Below, piece after piece: positions 18,783-27,250 of a stretch of 64,000 nt of DNA. The notes under the pieces are model-generated. The model worked only from the letters and a program-made list of their open reading frames with translations, made no database searches and was not told where the DNA came from. Made by a program: the position numbers and the translations under genes. Source of the stretch: Armatimonadota bacterium (GTDB lineage Bacteria; Armatimonadota; SYMT01); assembly GCA_041690135.1 (NCBI GenBank), contig JAWLHY010000001.1, forward strand, positions 736,001 through 800,000. Direction: 5' to 3'. Position 1 is the stretch's first letter. Every line of letters starts with the position of its first letter.

Positions 18783-20093
18783 TTAGAGCAGACGGTCGGG
18801 GATCACGTCCTGGCGGACGAGGTCCTCGTAGTTTTCGCGGCGGACCAGCAGGTCGGCCTGGCCGTCGTTCACCAGCACCACCGCCGGGCGGCGGAACCGG
18901 TTGTAATTGCTGGCCATGGCGTAATTGTACGCCCCCGTGGACTGGACCGCCAGCAGATCACCCGGCTCCGGGTTCGCCAGCGGGATGTCCCAGATCAGGA
19001 TGTCCGTCTCGCAGTGCTTGCCGGCCACCGTCACCACCTGGTCGTGCGGCTGGTCCGCTTTGTTCGCCACGATCGCCTCGTACTTGGCGTCGTAGAGCGA
19101 CGGGCGCGGGTTGTCGGAAAGGCCGCCGTCCACGGAAACGTAGGTCCGCACCTCCGGGATGTGCTTGATCGAGCCGATCGAGTAGACCGTGGTCCCCGTC
19201 TCGCCCACGAGGAAGCGACCCGGCTCCTGCAGCAGGGTGGGATAGCTTAGGCCCGCCTCGTCCAGCTTACGCTTCAGCACGCCCACCACCGTGTCGGCGA
19301 ACTCGTCCAGGGTCGGGGGGCGATGCCCGCTCAGATAGCGGATCCCGAGGCCGCCGCCGATGTTCAGTTCGTCGAACTCCACCCCAAACTCCCGCTTCAC
19401 CTGGGCGAGCAGGTCGACCATGATGGCCGTGGAGGCCTCGTGGCATTCGGTGTCGTGGAGCTGCGAGCCCACGTGGCAGTGCAGCCCGCGGAGGCGCAGT
19501 CCGGGGATCTCCCGCACGCGGCTCACGGCGGTCATCGCGGCGCCGCTGGAAACGTCGAAACCGAACTTGGTGTCCACCTGGCCGGTGCTGATCCGCTTGT
19601 GGGTGTGGGGATCGATGCCGGGAGCCACCCGCAGGAGGACCGACTGCGACTCCTTCGAGTTGGCCGCCAGCTCGGTCAGCAGGTCGATCTCGTAAAAGTT
19701 GTCGATGATAATGTGGCCCACCCGCGCGTCGAGGGCCATCTGCAGCTCTTCCACCGACTTGTTGTTGCCGTGGAGCGAGATCCGCTCAACCGGGAAACCG
19801 GCGCGCAGGGCGACGAACAGCTCTCCGCCGGAAGCCACGTCCAGCGAGAGGCCTTCCTGCTCGATGACTTTACAGATGCCGGTGCACAGGAACGCTTTAC
19901 TGGCGAAGGACACTTCCACTTTGGGATAGCGCGCCCGGAACGCCGCCAGGTAGTCGCGGCAGTTCTTCCGGATGGCGGCTTCGTCCATCACGTAGAGGGG
20001 GGTTCCGTATTCCCGAGCCAGGGTGACGAGGTCTACTCCCCCGATCTCGAGGTGTCCCTGCGCGTTCACGCGCTGTGTGCCGAGCAACATCAT
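18783..20093 (-). CDS. lysA: Diaminopimelate decarboxylase
   Basis: YGTPLYV, FASKAF, HCHVGSQ, IGGGLG, EPGR, HCETD and GAYNYAMASNYN motifs. Confidence 0.95.
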   Translation of the reverse strand: MMLLGTQRVNAQGHLEIGGVDLVTLAREYGTPLYVMDEAAIRKNCRDYLAAFRARYPKVEVSFASKAFLCTGICKVIEQEGLSLDVASGGELFVALRAGFPVERISLHGNNKSVEELQMALDARVGHIIIDNFYEIDLLTELAANSKESQSVLLRVAPGIDPHTHKRISTGQVDTKFGFDVSSGAAMTAVSRVREIPGLRLRGLHCHVGSQLHDTECHEASTAIMVDLLAQVKREFGVEFDELNIGGGLGIRYLSGHRPPTLDEFADTVVGVLKRKLDEAGLSYPTLLQEPGRFLVGETGTTVYSIGSIKHIPEVRTYVSVDGGLSDNPRPSLYDAKYEAIVANKADQPHDQVVTVAGKHCETDILIWDIPLANPEPGDLLAVQSTGAYNYAMASNYNRFRRPAVVLVNDGQADLLVRRENYEDLVRQDVIPDRLL

Positions 20094-20218
20094 AGAGCCA
20101 GATTCCTGTAACTGCGAGGTGAAGCGGCGCGAGAGGGCTACTACCGAGTGGATAGCCTGCCTGCTTCGGCGCCCAATGGTATCACAGACGGAGTTTTGGG
20201 GCAAATCGGTCGGAAGGT

Positions 20219-20548
20219 ATGGGGCGATTACCTATCCAGGGATATGCAACCCGCAACCGCATTGAGGTATTCGCAAATGGTTCTCGCCGCATCCCAGTTA
20301 TCACTGGAATGATCCCGTGCCACACCCTCCTCTGGGAGACTCGGATGGTAGGGAATGTGACGTACACCCGGCGGAGCATAGGGCCGTTCCACTCCGTAGT
20401 TATCGAAGCTGATCCCGTTTGGCCAGACCACGGCTGCTCCGGAACCATAGCCGTTACCGTAGTGCGCGATGGCATCATACCCGGGACAGCGGAACGCTAC
20501 GGCGAGACGTTCCCTACGAGCGCCGTTTTCAACGGCTCGTCGCACTAA
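20219..20548 (+). CDS. Hypothetical protein (strand uncertain)
   Basis: 109 aa ORF divergent from lysA. A similar-length ORF lies on the opposite strand (20228-20560). No recognisable motif. Confidence 0.35.
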   Translation: MGRLPIQGYATRNRIEVFANGSRRIPVITGMIPCHTLLWETRMVGNVTYTRRSIGPFHSVVIEADPVWPDHGCSGTIAVTVVRDGIIPGTAERYGETFPTSAVFNGSSH

Positions 20549-20562
20549 ACCTGACCCCACAC

Positions 20563-20798
20563 AACCAGAGGTGCCGGGGCGGCGCGCGAATTGGGCTGCT
20601 ACTTACCGGCTGGTAACAGCGGGGTTGCGACGTTGTAGACGGTGTCGGCATTGAGCAGCGCACGCTCGCAGTGCCTGCGGTTCCCCGGGGTGCGGGTGTC
20701 AGGACCCTTGTTGCGAATGCAGACAGCGCTAAAGCGCTTGACTGCAAGCCAGGAAAGCAGCGCAAAGGCGTTTGAGTGCGAAGCAAAGGCTTCTGGTT
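20563..20798 (+). ncRNA. Candidate structured RNA, unassigned
   Basis: Ends pair (aaccagagg/cttctggtt); nested stems cgcgc/gtgcg, gctgct/agcagc and ggcattg/cagtgcc contain G-U pairs on the + strand; a terminator-like hairpin follows. Confidence 0.3.
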
Positions 20799-20825
20799 CG
20801 TAAGCGATACGACCCCATTAGCAAG

Positions 20826-20860
20826 ATAGGGGAGAGACCTGGTTCTCGGTCTCTCCCCTA
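20826..20860. terminator. Strong hairpin, likely terminator after pnp (possibly bidirectional)
   Basis: ataggggagagacc-tggttctc-ggtctctcccctat perfect stem. Confidence 0.75.
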
Positions 20861-20907
20861 TCCTTATCTGCCGGTATTACCTGTTGAAAACAACAGGCTC
20901 AGGTGTT

Positions 20908-23301
20908 TTAGTCCTGGCGGCGCGGGGGCCGGAAGCGGGCGCCTACGCCCGTCTCGCCACCGGTCGCGGGGCGCGGCGGGATATCTCCCCCGCGGGACTC
21001 GCCACCACCACGGGGTTCGCCGCCGCCGCGGGGCTCGCCGCCGCGATCCCGATCCCGGTCGCCGCCACCGCCGCCACCGCCGCGCGGGCCGCGGTCGCGA
21101 TCCCGGTCGCCGCCGTAGCCGCCACCGCCACGACCGCCGCGGTCGCGATCCCGATCACCGCCGTAGCCGCCGCCGCGCGGGCCGCGGTCCGGGCGTGGCG
21201 GGCTGATCGTCTCGGGCACCGGCTCCTCATCCGGGTTCAGGCAGGCCTTGCGGGAGAGGTCCACGCGGCCCTGGGCATCGACGGAGATCACCTTGGCCTC
21301 GACCGTGTCGCCGACCTTTACCACGTCGTCCGGGCGTCCGATGCGGTGATGGCTCAGCTCGTGGGTCGGGATGAGACCTTCCTTGCCGGGCGAGACTTCC
21401 ATCATGGCGCCCTTGCCCATCAGGCGGGTGATCTTGCCGGTGAAGACCTCGCCGACCGCGATGCGCTTGGTGAGGGCTTCGATCATCTGGACCGCCTGCA
21501 TGCCGGACTCGTGGTCCTGCGCGGCGATAAAGACGCGGCCGTCCTGCTCGATGTCGATCTTGGTCTGCGTATCCGCCTGGATCTTCTTGATCACCTTGCC
21601 TCCGGGGCCGATGATCTCGCCGATCTGGTCGGGGCTGATCTCCACCGTCAGGATCCGCGGCGCGTACTGTGAGAGTTCCTCACGCGGCTGTTCCAGGGCC
21701 GCGAGCATCTTCTCCATGATGTAGAGGCGACCCTGGCGGGCCTGCTCCACCGCCTGCTCCATCACTTCCCACGGGATGCCGCTGATCTTGGTGTCCATCT
21801 GCATCGCGGTGACACCCGTCTCAGTGCCGGTGACCTTGAAGTCCATGTCGCCGCCGAAGTCCTCCATCCCCTGGATGTCGGAGAGCACGACGAACTTGTC
21901 TCCCTGGGTCATCAGGCCCATGGCAATGCCGGAGACCGGCGCCCTCAGCGGCACGCCGGCGTCCATCATGGCCATGGTGCTGCCGCAGGTGCTGCCCATG
22001 GAGGTGGACCCGTTCGACTCCATCACGTCCGAGACCACGCGGATCACGTACGGGAAGGTTTCCTTATCGGGAAGCACCGCGCGGAGCGCCCGCTCGGCCA
22101 GGGCGCCGTGGCCCACTTCCCGGCGGCCGGGGCCGCGCATCGGGCGGGTCTCTCCCACGCTGTAGGGCGGGAAGTTATAGTGGTGCATGTAGGTCTTGGT
22201 CTCTTCTTCCCCAAGACCGTCGATCATCTGGTCCTCGCTGGTACCGCCAAGGGTAGCCACCGAGAGCACCTGCGTCTGGCCGCGGGTGAACAGCGCGGAG
22301 CCGTGGGTCCGCGGCAGCAGCCCCACCTCGCAGGTCACCTGGCGGATATCTTCCGGGCCGCGGCCGTCCGGGCGCTTCCCTTCCTCGATGATGAGCGACC
22401 GCAGTTCCTGCTTGACCAGCTTCTCGACCGCCTCGCCAAGCTCGCCGCCCCGCTCCGGGTACTTCTCGCTGAGGGCCGCGACGATCTCCTTCTTCAGATC
22501 GCCGATGGCGCTCTCGCGAGCGGCCTTGTCCGGGTTGGAGATGGTGTCGCGCACCTGCCCCGCGTGGGCGCGGGCCGCTTCCATCAGCTCCGGATCGACC
22601 TTCTTCTGCACAATCTCGCGGTGCGGCTTGCCCACTTCCTGGCGCCACTGCTTCAGGAAGCGGCAGATCTCCTGGATCGCCTCATGGGCGAAGCGCATCG
22701 CTTCCAGGACCTTCGCCTCCGGCACCTGGTTGGCGCCGGCTTCGACCATGATGATGGCGTCTTCCGTGCCCGCCACCACGAGGTCGAGATCCCCCGCGTC
22801 GATCTGTTCGCGGCTGGGGTTGAGGATCAGCTCCCCGTTCAGCAGGCCCACGCGCACCGCGCCCGTCGGTCCGTTCCACGGAATGTCGGACAGCGTCAGG
22901 GCGGCCGAGGCCGCGTTCATCGCCAGGATATCCGGCGGGTTGACCTGGTCGACGGACAGCGGCATGGTCACCACCTGCACGTCGTTCCGCATCCCATCCG
23001 GGAAGAGCGGACGGGTGGGGCGGTCGATCAGGCGCGAGGTCAACACGGCGCGCTCGCTGGGCTTGCCTTCGCGCTTGAAGAACCCGCCTGGGATCTTCCC
23101 CACCGAGTACATGCGCTCTTCGTAGTCGCAGGTAAGCGGGAAGAAGTCGATGTCTCGGGGATTGCTGCTCATCGTGGCCGTGCCGAGGACCATCGTGTCC
23201 CCACAGCGCACGGTCACGGCGCCGCCGGCCTGCTTGGCCATTCTGCCCGTTTCGAACTCAAGCTCCTGGCCACCCAGGGTGAGTCTTCGGGTATCGATCA
23301 T
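20908..23301 (-). CDS. pnp: Polyribonucleotide nucleotidyltransferase (PNPase) with Gly/Arg/Asp-rich tail
   Basis: ETGRMAKQAGG, FFPLTCDY, RTHGSALFTRGQTQ, ESNGSTSM, GDMDFKV, KH (IGPGGK) and S1 domains. GGAG RBS before MIDT. Confidence 0.97.
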   Translation of the reverse strand: MIDTRRLTLGGQELEFETGRMAKQAGGAVTVRCGDTMVLGTATMSSNPRDIDFFPLTCDYEERMYSVGKIPGGFFKREGKPSERAVLTSRLIDRPTRPLFPDGMRNDVQVVTMPLSVDQVNPPDILAMNAASAALTLSDIPWNGPTGAVRVGLLNGELILNPSREQIDAGDLDLVVAGTEDAIIMVEAGANQVPEAKVLEAMRFAHEAIQEICRFLKQWRQEVGKPHREIVQKKVDPELMEAARAHAGQVRDTISNPDKAARESAIGDLKKEIVAALSEKYPERGGELGEAVEKLVKQELRSLIIEEGKRPDGRGPEDIRQVTCEVGLLPRTHGSALFTRGQTQVLSVATLGGTSEDQMIDGLGEEETKTYMHHYNFPPYSVGETRPMRGPGRREVGHGALAERALRAVLPDKETFPYVIRVVSDVMESNGSTSMGSTCGSTMAMMDAGVPLRAPVSGIAMGLMTQGDKFVVLSDIQGMEDFGGDMDFKVTGTETGVTAMQMDTKISGIPWEVMEQAVEQARQGRLYIMEKMLAALEQPREELSQYAPRILTVEISPDQIGEIIGPGGKVIKKIQADTQTKIDIEQDGRVFIAAQDHESGMQAVQMIEALTKRIAVGEVFTGKITRLMGKGAMMEVSPGKEGLIPTHELSHHRIGRPDDVVKVGDTVEAKVISVDAQGRVDLSRKACLNPDEEPVPETISPPRPDRGPRGGGYGGDRDRDRGGRGGGGYGGDRDRDRGPRGGGGGGGDRDRDRGGEPRGGGEPRGGGESRGGDIPPRPATGGETGVGARFRPPRRQD

Positions 23302-23568
23302 GGATGTTGCTCCTGCCCCCGCCGGCTCCACCGCGGTGGACACCCGGGGCGTTCGTTTAGGTCCGCTTACCCACACCTGAGGCTCCAGAAACGGACAACG
23401 CCTCCCCACCCCGGCGCAGGAAGCGACGGGCTTGAGGAGGCGTTGAAATCCCTGAAGCGAATGTGGTTTCGGGTATGTCGGACACCAGCTTTACAGTCGT
23501 CCGTCTCGTTCTCCGGCCACCGGAGGATCCGGGGAGACGGCCGGAGAGATCACCTCTCCGCCGGGCAA

Positions 23569-23838
23569 CTAACGGCGGATGCCCAATCGGGCGATCAGGG
23601 ACCGGTAGCGGTTGATGTCCTTACTGCTCAGGTAGTTGAGCAGGCGACGCCGCTGGCCGACCATCATTAGCAGCCCACGTCGGGAGTGATAGTCCTTCGC
23701 ATGGGTCCGCAAATGATCCGTCAACTCATTGATGCGCGCGGTAAGCAACGCGACCTGAACCTCCGGTGATCCGGTATCGCCCTCGTGAGTTTTGTACTCC
23801 GAGATGATCTGGTTCTTTCGCTCCGCAGCCAGAGCCAT
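23569..23838 (-). CDS. rpsO: 30S ribosomal protein S15
   Basis: [13 protein letters not shown]...[12 protein letters not shown]; 89 aa; canonical rpsO-pnp order. Confidence 0.98.
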   Translation of the reverse strand: MALAAERKNQIISEYKTHEGDTGSPEVQVALLTARINELTDHLRTHAKDYHSRRGLLMMVGQRRRLLNYLSSKDINRYRSLIARLGIRR

Positions 23839-24027
23839 TGGTTTACGATCTCCTAGCCCCGTGAAGGGAGAACCTTGTCTCGTACGCGGTGTTCCGAGAC
23901 AGAGTGATACACGCACGACCGAAGCGTACCGATGCCGGAAACGGAGAATGACTGGATGGAAGGCGCCGGAACGCGCACCATCCAACCATCCCGCCGTCTC
24001 CGGAGCAGGTTCGCCCCGGACGAACGC
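23839..24027 (-). promoter_or_regulatory. Structured rpsO 5' leader (candidate S15 autoregulatory element)
   Basis: Long G-U-rich hairpin at 23935-24003, a tgtctcg/cgagaca stem, and a tctcc/ggaga pairing over the RBS. Confidence 0.55.
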
Positions 24028-24033
24028 CACGGA

Positions 24034-24062
24034 AGATTAACATACCCCGGGGGTCGTGTCAA
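24034..24062 (-). promoter_or_regulatory. Sigma70-type promoter of rpsO-pnp
   Basis: On the minus strand: TTGACA, 17 bp spacer ending in TGn, then TAATCT. Confidence 0.8.
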
Positions 24063-24215
24063 TTTGCCGTAGCCCCGTTGGTTTCGTCAGTTGACGCATC
24101 CGGGACGGCAGGGCGGGGTTGGAGGGATGACGAGCTATCGGGAAGAACACCTACGGGGATATTTGTCTCGTACTTCCCCACCGCCGAATGGGTTTCGCGT
24201 CCGTCATCAGGCTCC

Positions 24216-25331
24216 ATGCAGGCTGTCTTTCCCTCTGATCCCACCCTGCAACCGTACCTGCAGGCCATAGAGGAGAAGGAGGCGCTTCACGAGCTGGAAG
24301 CGCTCTTGTCGCAGGTTGAGTCGACGATCCGCGCGGTAATCCGGCGCCGGTGGAGCCATTCCACCACTGCATCCGAACAGGACCGCCAGCGTGCGGAAGA
24401 CATTTTCGGTGAAGTGGTGTACCAACTCGTCGCCCGGCTGCGGGAGATCCGGTCCGCGCCGGTCCCGCCCCATACCATGGTGCCGGGCAGCCCAACCGAA
24501 GGCGGGGGGAGTAGCCGGAGTCCGTCCATCAGTAACTTCCGCGCGTTCGCGGCCACGATTGCGGCGCGCGTGTGCGATGCTTACGTCCGAGAGAAGTACC
24601 CCAACCGCAACCGGCTGCGACGGCGCCTGGAGTATCTCCTGGGAGAGCAGTCCCCGGTGCGCGGCCTTGCCGTCTGGACCTCGGCGGAAGGCCGTCGTCT
24701 CGCCGGGTTTGCCCAGTGGCGAGACCGAAACCGGCGACCCGCCGGCGGCGCCCACTACCGTCGCCTGCTGGAGAACCCGCAAGACGTGGTGAAATCCCAG
24801 TTCGCGCACGCGGACCCGGCGCAGGTCGATCCTAGCGAGCTCCTGGCCGCCTTCTTCGATGGCCTCGGAGGGCCGATCGAGTTCGACGAATTGGTCGGCC
24901 TGATGGCTCGTGTTTGGAGCGTTACCGACGAGCCGGTCGAAGCCCTGGAAGAGGATCAGGAAAGCCCCTTTCTATCGGGGAATGGCCCCGGGGTGGAGAC
25001 CATCGTCGTCCGGATGGAGTACCTTCAGGCCCTCTGGAGCGAGATCCGCCAGCTTCCTACGCGCCAGGCCGCCGCCCTCCTCTTGAATCTACGCGATCCC
25101 GGGGGGAACGGGCTCATCGCCCTGCTCCCGATCACGCGCACGGCATCCCTTACGGAGATTGCCGGCGCCATCGGAATGGAACCGGTCGAGCTCGCGCGGA
25201 TCTGGAACGGTTTGCCGATGGACGACCTCCGGCTCGGGGAGTTGCTGGGTTGTACTCGCCAGCAGGTAATCAATCTGCGTCGGAGCGCACGGGAGCGACT
25301 CGCCCGGCGGATGGAAATATTCGCAACTTGA
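24216..25331 (+). CDS. Atypical ECF/sigma70-like factor with large internal insertion
   Basis: Region-2-like AEDIFGEVVYQL...FRAFAATIAARVCDAYVR and region-4-like IRQLPTRQAAALLL...LGELLGCTRQQVINLRRSARERL; lies directly upstream of a ZAS-type gene. Confidence 0.7.
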   Translation: MQAVFPSDPTLQPYLQAIEEKEALHELEALLSQVESTIRAVIRRRWSHSTTASEQDRQRAEDIFGEVVYQLVARLREIRSAPVPPHTMVPGSPTEGGGSSRSPSISNFRAFAATIAARVCDAYVREKYPNRNRLRRRLEYLLGEQSPVRGLAVWTSAEGRRLAGFAQWRDRNRRPAGGAHYRRLLENPQDVVKSQFAHADPAQVDPSELLAAFFDGLGGPIEFDELVGLMARVWSVTDEPVEALEEDQESPFLSGNGPGVETIVVRMEYLQALWSEIRQLPTRQAAALLLNLRDPGGNGLIALLPITRTASLTEIAGAIGMEPVELARIWNGLPMDDLRLGELLGCTRQQVINLRRSARERLARRMEIFAT

Positions 25332-25410
25332 TGCCAATATCCCTCTCAACCGGCCATCCCACCTGAGCAGGAAGCTAAACGTCCAACCTACGGAAACCGA
25401 GAAACGCTAA

Positions 25411-26763
25411 ATGAACCATCCCTCGCCCCAGGAGTTGGCCGCGTATTCGCGGGGCGAAATGAACCCGGACGAGCTGCTGTATGTCGGGGATCACCTCGCT
25501 GTTTGTCCCGCGTGCTCCGCATCCACGGCGGAGATAGCCCAACCACCTACCCTGCGCCAGTGGCGTCAGGTGCTGTGCAGCCCCCTGGATGCCGGACATC
25601 TGGAGGATGAACAACTGATTGCGTTCATGCGCGATCAGTGCCCGGCCACGGAGCGGGCCTCCCTGGCGGCACATCTGGCCAGTTGCCCACTCTGCACCGC
25701 GGACCTCGAGGACCTCCGGGCCTTCCACGCACAGATGGCTCCGAGCGCCGGACGGGTCTTCGAACCGGCGGCCTCCCCCGGACTGCTCGCCGGCCTCGAC
25801 CTGAGGCAGTGGTTCCAGGCGGAGACACTGCGTCGCTGGCTCGCTCCGGTCGCGGCGGCCGGCCTGGCGGCGGGGGGCCTCTACTGGATGGGGCTGCGTC
25901 CCCTCCAGACTCAACTGAATTCCACCAGCGGCCAACTGGCGGCGGTCCGGTCCGAGCGGGATAGCGCGCTCCGGAAGCAAACCGAACTGGAACGGCGCCT
26001 CGCAGACGCGTCTCCGGCGGCGGACCCACGGCGGCCAGCCCTTGAACTGGAGTTGAAGGCGATCCGCGGCCGGGAAGCCGCACTCCGTGAGCGCCTCGCC
26101 CGGTTGGAGACACAGGCATCCGAGAAGAACTTGCCCGGAGAGACTGTGGCGGCCGGCCCGAAGCCGGATGCGCAGATCGCGAAGGTGCTGGCCTCGGGGC
26201 GTCTCGACCTGCCGGAAGACCTGGCCCACCTGCGCGGAAAGGCCGGCCGTCTCCTGGGAGGGGACACCGCCTCCGCCTTCGGCGTGAAAGCCCCGTACGG
26301 CAGCGTGGTGCTGCGGACCCGTCCCACCTTCCGCTGGCGCCCCCTGCCCAATGCCACCGCCTACCGGGTGCTCGTCTTCGACGAAGCCTTCAACATGGTG
26401 GCGGAGGCAATGGTCCGCGGCGACGTGGAGTGGAAGCCGGAGAAGCCGCTGGCGCGCGGCAAGACCTACCGCTGGGAAGTCGTCGCCCTGCGTGGGGATG
26501 AAGAGCTGGAGCGCACGCCGCGCCCCCCGATGCCGGCAGCCCAATTTCGCGTGCTCGATGCCGCCACGGCCGCGAAGCTGGGCCAGGCGGGCGCGGCCGG
26601 GCCGCTGGAGCGCGGCATCCGCTACGCCGCCGCCGGGTTGGTGCAGGAGGCCGAACGCGAGTTGGAAGCCGCCCTCGAAACCGGAGCTACCGCTAAAGAT
26701 CGCGAGCAGGCGCAAAAGCTCCTGCAGCAAATCCGGGACCTGCAGGCAACGGACAGCGAGTAG
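25411..26763 (+). CDS. zf-HC2 (ZAS) membrane anti-sigma-like protein with coiled coil and extracytoplasmic beta domain
   Basis: Two HLxxCxxC motifs (HLAVCPAC, HLASCPLC), one TM helix, a coiled coil, and an Ig/FN3-like segment (PTFRW...YRWEV). Confidence 0.75.
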   Translation: MNHPSPQELAAYSRGEMNPDELLYVGDHLAVCPACSASTAEIAQPPTLRQWRQVLCSPLDAGHLEDEQLIAFMRDQCPATERASLAAHLASCPLCTADLEDLRAFHAQMAPSAGRVFEPAASPGLLAGLDLRQWFQAETLRRWLAPVAAAGLAAGGLYWMGLRPLQTQLNSTSGQLAAVRSERDSALRKQTELERRLADASPAADPRRPALELELKAIRGREAALRERLARLETQASEKNLPGETVAAGPKPDAQIAKVLASGRLDLPEDLAHLRGKAGRLLGGDTASAFGVKAPYGSVVLRTRPTFRWRPLPNATAYRVLVFDEAFNMVAEAMVRGDVEWKPEKPLARGKTYRWEVVALRGDEELERTPRPPMPAAQFRVLDAATAAKLGQAGAAGPLERGIRYAAAGLVQEAERELEAALETGATAKDREQAQKLLQQIRDLQATDSE

Positions 26764-26785
26764 GACAATCCGAAACCGGGGTTGG

Positions 26786-27210
26786 GGTTGGCAAGGCGGG
26801 AGCCGGGGGCAAGGTCGCAAAGCGCCGATGCAATCGGCGACTCCACACTAATGGTCACGGCGGTGACTGGGTTGGCCGGGCGGGATACGGGCCAGGACCC
26901 TGTGGTGTGGGGCCGGTCGGAGTTGGGTCTGCAGAGGCGGGATCCGGGGGCAAGGCCGCGAAGCGCCGGACGGGTGTCCGGACTCCCATCGGGGCCTGGT
27001 AATGGTGGGTACCCGACACAGGATGCGCGGTCTGGTGTCGCGAGGGACGGAACCAGAGGGAGTTCGGTTTGGCAGGGCGGGGGCCGGGGGCTGGATCGCC
27101 AGGCGCCGATGCAATCGGCGATTCCACATAAAGGGCCAGAACGGTCGCTGGGTTGGCACGGCAGGGTCCAGGGGCGAGATCGCCAGGCGCCGTTGCAATC
27201 GGTGAGTCCA
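26786..27210. repeat. Four degenerate ~60 bp repeats ending in REP-like hairpins
   Basis: cgccgatgcaatcggcga(c/t)tccac at 26823 and 27104, a variant at 27188, and ccggacgggtgtccggactccc at 26966, each preceded by a similar G-rich arm. Confidence 0.8.
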
Positions 27211-27250
27211 AACTCACGGCCATGGCGGTGGTTGGGTTGCGGGAGCGGCG

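Noticed and set aside
20567-20600. AGAGGTGC as the start of a lysine riboswitch for lysA
   Set aside because: It is on the wrong strand for lysA and the remaining consensus elements are missing.
20695-20770. gtcagg...ggaaagcagc as SRP RNA, or gcaagcc...gcgcaaag as a c-di-GMP-I riboswitch
   Set aside because: Spacing and the required stems do not fit either model.
22108-23670. Long antisense ORFs (here, and e.g. 2163-3446, 42017-43654, 47429-48934, 56525-58039)
   Set aside because: Shadow ORFs expected opposite high-GC3 genes; no motifs.
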